A stretch of DNA of 64,000 bases from Yuukianura sp. NJ FZ-2021 (lineage: Eukaryota), in assembly GCA_046563655.1 (NCBI GenBank), contig CM102284.1, positions 2,294,001 through 2,358,000 of the forward strand. Direction: 5' to 3'. Each line of letters opens with the position of its first letter. The stretch's first letter is position 1. Position numbers and translations under genes: made by a program. Below the pieces are notes generated by a model. It searched no databases, was not told the origin of the DNA, and saw only the letters and a program-made list of their open reading frames with translations. This document shows, piece after piece, positions 1-10,369 of this stretch.

Positions 1-3000
1 ATCAAAATTGAGTAAACACCGAAACTTTATTCCACCCTACAATTTCAAAACTCAACGCTAATTTTTCTAAAATTGTTTGGAAAATACTCTAAGAACCAAA
101 ATTTTAAAATTCTCCCTAAGTGTTGATACAACCAAGTTAAGAAATGATTTTTTTCCATCATCCCAAAAGAGAGAATTGATGGACTTGGGGTCACACGGGT
201 TAATTGCACCTTTAGAACATGCACCACCTTGGCAAAAAAAAACTAACCTAAAAAGAAAACAGAAAAGAAAAAGTAATAATCCGTGCATCGTAGTTGGGCA
301 TTCCATGCCCCTGATGCCCATATATGGCAGAGTGACCAAAGGAAAATTGAGTGCCACCGGAGAGAATAACTAAGGCTTCTCTGGGCATTTCGTATTTTTG
401 AACACAAGCAAAAAAGTTTAAGCATGAGCAGGGTGTGCTCCTCAAATTTTGAATTTCCCTCCTGAAAATTTAAAGTCGAGAAGAGCTGTTTTGGTAATTT
501 GGTTCAATTCGACTCATAAATCACTTGACACCTTTCCTCCCCTTCCATCACCAAATGCCCATTTACTATTTAGCGAGTTACTAAAAAATGTGACAAGGTG
601 GAGGAGAGGTCACTGGAGGGAAATTTAAAAAATTTGAATTTGGTGGGTTGATAACAGACATGCCCACTAATGGGAATCCAAGTGAAAGTGGAGGGTGTTG
701 ATTGAGATAACTCCTTGATTCATGTCCGAAGTCAATTAAGACATGGAGTTCAAACTCCATTAAATTCACATGTTACACACTTATAAGCTTTTGTGTTACA
801 TAACTTTAGCATATGTTGTAAGTTACTCATGCACATACTACGTTATACGATGTATGTCCATGTCTCATCATGCCTCAGGAACATCAAAACTCCAACCAAA
901 TGTTTAAAACAAGCTCCAAAGTTCAATTACCCTCCACAAATGGGCATCCAAACATGCAAATCAATGTCATCCGCACACTGAGCACTCCACCCAAATCCAA
1001 ATACCCGCCTCTTTTATTACCCTCTCCCTATTGTTCCAAAATTATTGCAAATTTATGCGTTATATTTCACTATTGTTTCAAACTTATCCCAAATTTATGC
1101 GTTATGCTGTGCTATTACTCTTCTTAACTCAACTTCTTAACTACGGTTATCGTTTGTGGCTCAACTTAAAATTTTACCTAGTGTTAAGGAGTAGAAATTT
1201 TGACGATGATTTCCAAATTTCCCAAATTTTAATGCTACTTAAACAGTTTCACTTTGAAGGCATTTTGTTCAATTATAATTTTTCAACAACGAAATCCTTC
1301 AACTGGAATTCTTTCTACTACCAAATGTATTCAAATTTAACACAAAATCAGCCTACGGTAAACCTTACGATTGAAAAAATTTGTTTGTTGAACCAATTGT
1401 TGTTGAACAGATTTAGTTGAACCAATTACCCGCACCAGTTCCACTATGTATTACGCAACCTAGTATTTCATACTAGTCAAACAGCTACCAGGGTTTTCAA
1501 CACCAATTTCTTTTGAATTTGTAAACACTAACTTTGCACAACATTCGAGCCGATTCATGCTCCTCATGAATCATGAGCTGCCAGAATTGAGAAAAAATCA
1601 TTTTCGAATTCTTGTCAATCCTGAAGGTGTTCCCAAAAAATTCAGGATTTTTGAGAGGTATACTCTGCAGAATGGGTACCTTGAAAACAGCTTAGCGTTT
1701 TTTGGGCATGTGCTTTTCAAATGACTAAGCCCGGGAAACAGGTTTTCTTCGATTCACTTAAACTCCTAACGCATGTTACTAGAAAAGACACTTTGGAAAT
1801 AAGATTGAGAAGATGCATTTCTTTTCAAAATGGTTTGCGTGGAATTTGGATTGTGGATTGTGCGTGTGCCAAATAAGGTAAACATGGGAAGCGCCTTTTC
1901 TTCAACAATGAGAAAAAAACTGAAAGATTTAGGGCTAACCTAACTAGCCTGAACGTTCTTTCCAAAAGCTATTTAAATCAAAAATTTTACACGCATTTTC
2001 AAATGTTTAAAAATTTAAAAAATTGAAAAGACCCGCCGAAATCGTAAACCCTAACTATTTAAGAGATTTTCGTGTCTTAGCCATGTTTACATGGAATTTA
2101 AGTCAACAAATCTAGTCTTAGGATAAGTACCCACTTGAGTGTCATGTGACCTTTGTTATCTGCTTATCTCGTAGAGATCAAGTGGTGACATAACAATGGA
2201 TTCGGAGAACCCTTAACTGCCAACAGGAGGGTACTCGGAATGTTCTTTTTTCAAAAGTCGCGCCTTTTTTGAAAAATCTTTTAAAAAAAAAGTCCCTTTG
2301 TCATTTTCCAAAGAAAATTCCCTTTCTTTCCTCTAAAAAGATTCACTTTTTGGGAATAATAACCGAAAAAGATCCGGCTCGCAGGGTGGCCACAAATTTT
2401 CAAAAAAAAGTTTTTCAACTTCTATTTTTTTGAAAATAGAAAAGCAGCAGGTGGGGGCGGGAGATTTTTAGAAAATAAAACTTTTTAAAGCTTAGATTAA
2501 ACGAGGTCATAAAATCTACTTAAAGCATTGAGCACCCAACAGCACCCAACTCACAACGTGTCGTACTTCTTGTCACAAACTTTTATTTTATTTTACCTTT
2601 TTCAAGAATTTTGAAAACACACTTTCAAAAATTATGCTTATCTCTTTGATAGCTCTGTAAAGCTGCAATTGTGAAAATTTTAAAAGTGGGGTGAGCAGGG
2701 GGTGACCATTTTGAACTTGATATCACGTAGTGAGGCACACAAAGTGTGTTACTGCGTGTGTAAAAATTTACAATCATTGGCCTCATGTTGTGGACATGGA
2801 ATTGACGTTTTCATACTAACTGAATTTGCATAAACAAAGTTATGGCCCCAATCAAGGGAGCGTTTGGAGGAAAATTTGAATTTCTCCAGTTTCAAATGAG
2901 CACTTGAGCAGAAGAAGAAGTAAAATGCAATTTGGGGTTTATTGGGTCGTTGAGACTGACCAAATTTGGATTCAACTTCCAGCGATAGCTTAAAAACAAA

Positions 3001-3900
3001 ATTTCTGAAGCTTGGTTTTTGAAAAATTTAAATTAAAAATTTCAAAAAAGAAGAAGAAATTCTGACAGATTTGTACAAGAAAGTTTTAGACAAGTGTAAT
3101 CTTGGTTTCAAATTTTTCGAAAATGAAATTTTCAGAAAATGATACTTTGAGAGATTTTTTACTGTCTTTTTTACTATTTCTTTAACTTAAACAATTGGCT
3201 TCCTCTCGTGTTATTTTTGTTTGCAAAAACTAAACTCCTACAACTTCCGCAAAAGTGTATGTTTTCAGTAACATTTTTTAAAGCAAGTGCGTAAAAACAG
3301 CAACGGAAGATTTTTTCCTGTTCAAAATTGATCTTTTTCAACGAACTTTGCGTGTCATGCAGACATTTGTTTGAGTATGAAGGCGTTAAGACACTTTACT
3401 GAAATGAACTCTTGTGCACTGTGCAGTTCCTGACTTTTAGAAACACTTGAAGTTTTAGCAGTAAAGGAAAGCGCGATTTCTCAAAGTTTCAAAGAAGACT
3501 AAAATAGATTTTAATGATAAAACGATTAGGATCAAAGGATGAACCGGAATCAAAATCTAAAATGTAAAAAGGATTCTAAAAATAAAATTTTGGTGTAAAC
3601 CTGTCAAACTTCTCTACTTAAATTTAGCGTGTAGAAACATACAAGTTTTGTAAAGTGCACAACGATTAGAACAGACAAAAAGGAAGTGTCGAGGAGGTCA
3701 CGTTCTGGTCTGAATTTATTGGACACCGACTTCGGCGTTACAAAAACAACATGAAATTTTTTGTTTGTTTGCCAAACTCAAAAATATTAAATTTTGAAAG
3801 CCGCAAATCTTCAAAAAAAAAAGAAGAAGAATGATTATTTTTGTAGAAAAGTGAATTTTTTTCAAATTAATTTATAGATGAAGACACAAGATAATTTTAC

Positions 3901-4441
3901 CTTTAAGAGCTTGGCGTACAGCAGTTAGGACGAGAAGCGTAGGAGGAAGTGGTGATAAATTTTCAATCCACTCCGTAGTCAAGGGCGGGCTGACTTTGGA
4001 TTCAAAATTTGGCAGATTTTTGAAACTGTAGAAAAAGACGCGCGTGTCATGAATCCTGAGTCGCCGGACAGCACAAGTTTCATGAATGTTTTGACCAATT
4101 ATCAGTTCAAGATCTTCTCTTTCCCAGTCGCTCAATTTCTTGCCCTTGAAAACTGTTTTGACCTTGACCTTTGCCCTCCACGGGGTCAATGACCCCGAAA
4201 TGACCCGCTTCCGTCTGTTGCTTACGTAGTAATATGCAGTAGTCGGTGGTGGTAGTAACCTAGGCGAAGCGAGTTCAAAGTCAGGTGAACTCGAAAGTTC
4301 GACAATTTTTCCGGTAAAAATAACGGTAGACTCGTGCACTGCTTTTTCAATTTGTGTTGAGTTTGAGCACAAACGGACTTGTGCGTGAGTACAAAGGAAT
4401 GTCACTTGCACAAAACAAAAGAGAATTCCAAATTGGCGCAT
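3901..4441 (-). CDS. First coding exon of a secreted NtA (N-terminal agrin) domain protein, agrin-like; gene continues leftwards beyond a long intron
   Basis: ATG at 4441 starts a signal peptide (MRQFGILFCFVQVTFLCTHA). It is followed by C..ESTVIFTGKIVE..AKVKVKTVFKG..C..DTRVFF, resembling agrin NtA (ANVVLTGTVEE..CKVRVWRYLKG..DTRIFF). Phase-1 donor AAG|GTAAAA at 3901/3900. A Vein/neuregulin-type N-terminus cannot be excluded. Confidence 0.65.
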
Positions 4442-5967
4442 TTTTGAAGATCGTATCGGTGGTGTTGTGTGTACAACAAACAGTAGCACGCACAATTCCA
4501 GTTGTGGCAAAAACCACTTGTAGGTTGACACTTTACTAGAAAAGTGGCTTCTGCTTTTTGCCCGGTATAACAAGCCAAACTGTTTTCGAGTTTTTTGTTC
4601 AATTTCAATTTAAAAAAGGTTTCCGCACAACATCGACGCCAAGTTTGTTCTTCTCCAGAAAATTATTATCTTCAAAAATATTTCAAGTCCCCAACAACTG
4701 AAAATAGGGATGATTATTAACCACTAGTCAGTTTTTGCTATTGTGTAAACATTTAATAAGTTCCTATTGTTTTAAGCTTTTGATTTTGATTGGATTGATG
4801 TGTAGCAGACCGGAAAAAGATGGCAAGTGGAATGTCTTCAAGAGGATCATCTTCGTTTCCTTGTCTTGAACAAAAAAAAACTGAAACATTTTCGAACAGT
4901 TTCCTCCAGGCTTAAAAGCCTCTTTCCCAAAATGGAAAGTCTTCTCAAAACAGCTTATTTTCTCCCGAGTTGTTAAACAAGTCCCGAATCGAAGAATTCT
5001 GCAACTTTTTTAATTTAAATTTTACCGCCAAGGAGACAACATCCATGTCTTTTGATTTCCTGGCGCCGCATTTTCAAACCCAACCTTGCTTGAACTCCAT
5101 GTCAACTGGTTTTTCAATATTCAACCAATCTGTGCCCATAAGTGAGAAAACTCTAAGCTTGAGTATTAATTCGATAAAATCGAATCGAATGTCACTTGCA
5201 TGACAATTTACGGAAAGTAAGTAACTGATTAGCAAAAAGTGAGTCACGCAAGCGCTGTTTCTATGCTAGAATGTAATTTCATTCGTGTTTTAAAGAAACT
5301 CTTGCTTTAATAGACGCTACTCACCAACTCAAACACAGTTTGGTTCAAAGCGCATCAAAAGTTAGAATGAACAGTTAACTCCTGAATGTTCTTCAAAATT
5401 TCAATTTTAGTATCAACTTACTTTTTACTGTTTTTACTATGAAACTGTTTAAAAAAACTATGCGTTTTCACTTTTGTTTAAATCATGGTATTTGTTGTTG
5501 TGAATTTGAGCGAAATGTATACAAAAAGTTGCTCCCTTGAACGCCCGATGTCTTCCCAAAAATTATTGAATTCAAATGCCAATCTCCAGTCGACTCTCAT
5601 TTTTTTCTTCTTCAAATATGAGTTTGGTTCTGTTCAAATGAAATGAGCATGCTGCTAAAGATCAAATTACAAACTGTATTCATCTTGTCCAAACAGTCAA
5701 TATAAGGCAATTAAACCCTAGAAACATCAGGCATGAAACTGAAAGTAAAAGTTTTTGAAAAGAAGCTACGGAGATCGTGTTTCCGCACGTCCCTTCACTT
5801 TCAAAATTTCAAAACTGAAAACAATTTTCAGTACCAAATCTGTCTTCATCGGCGAAGCATTCGAATTTCTCTTAAATCAAAAACTAAACTTCTTTTTGAA
5901 ATTCCGCTATCAACACGTTGAAGCGGAAAGTTTGAATCCGTGCTCCATTAATGTGACTTTATTGGTA

Positions 5968-6751
5968 ATGGCTTCAAGTCGAAGCACCAAACTGCGCGAT
6001 GAGAACACAAAACAAGACGAAATCAGTGAAGTTCCAGAAAATAAAGAGCAGAGTGATCGTGTCATATGCAAAAATGACGATGCGGTGCCAAACTACGTCC
6101 GAATTTTAGTACTTACTGGTAACAGTCTTTGATACAAGCACTTATACACCACATTTACTTATTGAGAGGGCAAATTTTTTTTGAAAATTATGAAAAATTC
6201 TGACATTTTTTTTTGTGATTCATTTCGAAATTACAATGTTTTTTTAGATGTGAGAGGCCGTGCCCGTAATTACTGTGTCCCAGCAGCGCTGGACCTTGAC
6301 CGGCCGAAGCGTCCTCGTACAACATTCTCTCCTGAACAGATTCAAGTGCTGGAAATAGAGTTTGCGCAGAGCCAGTTTCTTTCTATTGGGCGCCGTAAAT
6401 CCCTTGCAGTGTTGTTGGGTCTCACAGAAACACAGGTAACTCAATGATGAATGTAAAGAAGATTTATAAAACTGTAACGAAACCCAGAAATCAGTTTTAT
6501 TTCGATTTCCAAAAGTATTCCAAACTGTGTAATTTGAATTTTGTTTTAAATTTAGGATGTATACTTTGTTTATCCTGTATTTATATATACTCATCATTTC
6601 GTTTTCTAATATATAGGTTAAAGTGTGGTTTCAAAACAGAAGAACGAAGGTGAAACGGGAAAAGACGTATCCAAAAACTGAGCAAAGCCCTCACGCAACA
6701 AGTTTTTCACCAAGTTTGCGAACTCTCAATTTCAGTACAACCAAACCATAA
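5968..6751 (+). CDS. Vax: Ventral anterior homeobox (Vax) transcription factor; exons 5968-6118, 6248-6435, 6617-6751
   Basis: The spliced product contains NYVRILVLT-DVRGRARNYCVPAALDLDRPKRPRTTFSPEQ...LGLTETQ|VKVWFQNRRTK. The RILV..D..G..LDLDRPKR pre-homeodomain motif is characteristic of Vax. Both GT-AG junctions keep frame. Confidence 0.85.
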
Positions 6752-6918
6752 TTTATTGAGAAACTATTAACAAAATACACGAAACAAATAAATGACCTTC
6801 GTCATGAACCGTTGATGGAACTCCAATATAATAATTCCTGTCATCATGAATTTTAATAAAGTGCGGTCTTTATTACTGTAACTTTTTTATGCATTGTTTT
6901 TGTTGCCGAAAAAAATGT

Positions 6919-7530
6919 TTACTTTTTTGGAATAATTAGTTCTGCTTTGGGTCCGAGAACATGCAAAGCTGTTGTTCCTGCAACACCTACGTCAGTTGCC
7001 TGGACATCTTTAAATTGAATGTAAAGTCGGTCAGATCGAATCCCAATTTCTTCCAGTTTTTCACAAAGGGCTTTTGACAAGGCAATGTTTGCATCAGGAG
7101 AAAATCGACCCACGCACATGAATACAGCTTGACCGCAAGGACCCTCTTCCTTGCCATGAACCATCCATTGGTCCGGTACAATTGTCACTGCGCAGAGCTA
7201 ATAAAATATTAAAAAGTTAGGTTCAGTTTGTCACTTAAAACATAATTACTAACAATACTAATAATAAACCGTTGTAAACGCCGTATGTAAGTAGCCAAAG
7301 AAAACCTTGACCAGCAGACGGACAGACATGGACAGACAGACTCGGGGAAAACATAAAGTAGCTCATACTTTCGCTACTTAACAAATACTTAAGATACTTA
7401 GGTGAAGTAATTTTACCTCTTCTGGTTTCCCTTCTCCTAAAATTTTGGAAACAACTTGTCGTAATTCGTGTATAAATGAATCTGGAATCTTCGATCGGGG
7501 AACGTTCGTTTCCAATCTAAAGTGCGGCAT
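6919..7530 (-). CDS. MIF: Macrophage migration inhibitory factor / tautomerase paralogue A; exons 7530-7417, 7197-6919
   Basis: MPHFRLETNVP (catalytic Pro after Met), GKPEE, TIVPDQWM, DRLYIQFKD..DVG motifs; phase-0 intron. Confidence 0.88.
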
Positions 7531-7930
7531 TTTCAAATTTTAAGTATCTTAGACTCACTCAAACTCTCACTCAAATGCTAGTGGTCAACTGAGTCCTTCA
7601 GCTCTCATGCAGCGAATCTAATCTCCAAAGTCTGTGAACAGTTTTGTTTTTTGTTAGTGAACTTTTATACAAAGATAGCACAATTCTCTCATCTCGAGAT
7701 GAGTATAAAAAAAACTTATGAATTGCTGATTCATGCCAGCATGTCAGTTTTTTTTTTGTACTTTTATGAAACCTCAAGGTCAACCGAAACTTGAATATGA
7801 TTCTATTTACTCTCACTTTCAAAATTTCCTCTGAATTAGTAACATGAAATTCTGCATTAAGTTTTTTACAAGTGATTTTGAATTTTTTTAACATACTGTA
7901 TTTGAATGTCATTGTTTGGATCTTGTGACT

Positions 7931-8400
7931 TTAAAATTTCTCTCCAGTTGGTCCACAGACCTCATGCCCCGTTGTCCCGGAGTAACCAATGTTGCATGAC
8001 TTGACGTCACTGAACAAAATGTAAAGTCGATCAGACGGAATCCCAATTTCAGAAAGTTTTTCAGACAAAGCGCGGGAAAATCCAATGTTGGCTTGTGGCG
8101 AAAATCGGTCAACGCAGATAAAAACGGCTTGTCCACACGGTCCATCCTCCGTCCCATGAACCATCCACTGGTCTGGAACTATCGTCACAGCACAAATCTA
8201 GGAAACAAAATTTAAGCTTAACATTACTCCCGAAGGCCAAGTTTAAATATGGCGGCAGAATAAATCAGTGTTTTTAAATTACTGACCTCTTCCGGTTTTC
8301 CTCTTCCGAGAATTTTGGAAATGAGTTGGTTCAGCTCCTTTGCAAAATTTGCTGGAATCTTCTCTTTTGGCACGTTTGTTTCCAGGCGAAAATGGGGCAT
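7931..8400 (-). CDS. MIF: MIF / tautomerase paralogue B; exons 8400-8287, 8197-7931
   Basis: MPHFRLETNVPKEKIP..GKPEE|ICAVTIVPDQWMVHG..DRLYILFSD; same intron position as paralogue A. Confidence 0.88.
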
Positions 8401-9012
8401 TTTTGATTTTGAAAAAATTGACACAATTTTTTTATTGAAAAAATTGAAACAAAAGCAGGAGCAACAAGAAGATGGAATTCCTACAAGCGGAGTAAATGCC
8501 TTTTCGATGACTTTAGTTTTTAGTACTCGAAGGAGTTGATAGACTGTTAACTTATCTACAGTCTTGTATCCAAGCCCAATTTTTACATTTTGTACTTACT
8601 TAGTTATAGCTACGCTCCGCCAAAGTGTTAGAGGAATCCTATGAAACCTCGTAAGTGCTCGACACAATTAAAACTTTTACCAAAGAGAGAAGTATTTTTG
8701 CTCTTTGTAATGTATTTCGCAATCGGTAAATGTTTGCCGCCGACAGACGACGAGACAGATAGACAGAGAGACAAGGTTAATATGCCTAAAGTAGTTTTCA
8801 CTACTTTAATAATGAACTACTAAACTCTCATGTTGACGTGAGAAAATCTTCTGGACTGTAACTCTGTTTCTTAAACAATTGTATTTTCCAAATTTTGTTG
8901 ATTTTTTCCAAATTTCCAAATTTGAAATTAAGCGTCGAGGGCACCTTGAACTTGAACTTGAATGTTATTCACCTTCAAAATGTCAGCGAATTTCTTTTTT
9001 TGTCAATAGTGA

Positions 9013-9573
9013 TTAAGGGTTTGGTCCGAACATTTCGAGAACAGTTGAGCCATTAGTACCGACGTCATGTGCTTCCATATTCAAAAATTGGATGTACAGT
9101 CTGTTCGATGGAATCCCAATTTCAGATATTTTTTGACAAAGTTCCCGGGAATATTCAAGGTTTAGTTTTGGCGAAAACCGACCGATGCACGAAAGAACCG
9201 CTCGACCGCATGGAGCATCTTCTTTTCCAAGAGTTATCCATTGGTCTGGAACAATCGTCACAGCACAAATCTAAAAATAAGTTTATATAACTATTTAGAA
9301 CTCAAATTATAAATTATAATGATTATAAATAATTATCATTCATTTTTATAATAATTACAATTAAATAAGTTTGTTTTCAGGAGAGAGCGAAACATGTTTG
9401 TGAATTTTTTTTTCACACATGTTTCGTTTTCTCCATACTTTCAAAAAATTTGAAATTCTTCTTACCTCCTCTGGTTTTCTTAGAAGTTTCGCAACGAGTT
9501 GCACCAATTCCTTTGGGAAAGTGGAAGGAATTTTCTCCTTGGGAAGATTGGTGTCTAATCGGAAATGTGGCAT
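9013..9573 (-). CDS. MIF: MIF / tautomerase paralogue C; exons 9573-9466, 9270-9013
   Basis: MPHFRLDTNLPKEKIP..RKPEE|ICAVTIVPDQW..NRLYIQFLN..DVG; same intron position. Confidence 0.88.
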
Positions 9574-10369
9574 TGTAATATTTCAAAAACTAAAAAGGAA
9601 AAAATGAATTCAGTGGAATTTGTCATTCAACTGAATGAGACCCGTCTTGTACTTATGTTACTATGTACTTGTAGTCTTACTTGAGATAAACTCTTATTAT
9701 CTCTCATTTGTTAAAAAAAACACTTAAAAGCTAACAAAAAGTTATCCAGTTTGAACAAGACAGAAGTGTGAACTTTGGAGGCTTGGCTGCAAAAAAGGAC
9801 GGCTATTCCTAATTCGTAAGCAACTGTTGAGTTAACCGTTTGGTTCTCATATTGATGTTAATCAAATATCATATTTATACTTTGCAATTTCCCTGGATAA
9901 TGAACATGACGTTTTTGCCACTTATTAAGTATCGAATGCTAGTTTATGCATTGACTTAGTCTGTCTGTCTGTCGATCTGTCTGGGCGTTGGCGCCAATTA
10001 TCTCGGAAACGGCTTAAACATTCTCGAGATCTACTTTCATTAGCGAACACCGGATGATCCGGAAGCGTTACTAATGAGTATCATTCTGGTGGGTAAAATT
10101 TGTAATCCGCTGGTCTAGAAATGAAATCGGTACAGCGCATATCTAAAAAAAAGTTCAAAATTAACACAGGAGTTTACGGCTAAAAAGCTGGGCATAAATC
10201 AAAATTCCGTTTTCATAAATCCCGTTTTTGTGTCTATTTATATTGCAGAAAAGAGCTCAAGCTCAGAAGCTAAATTTAATTTCAATAAAGCTGGAACATT
10301 GTTGAACCATAATTTAGGTGGCATGCGTACTACTTAAGAGGTCAGAAGTAAGGTCACTCAAGGTCAAGG

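Noticed and set aside
45-1420. Short ORFs at the window start
   Set aside because: No recognisable domains or splice support; AT-rich intronic sequence with small local repeats.
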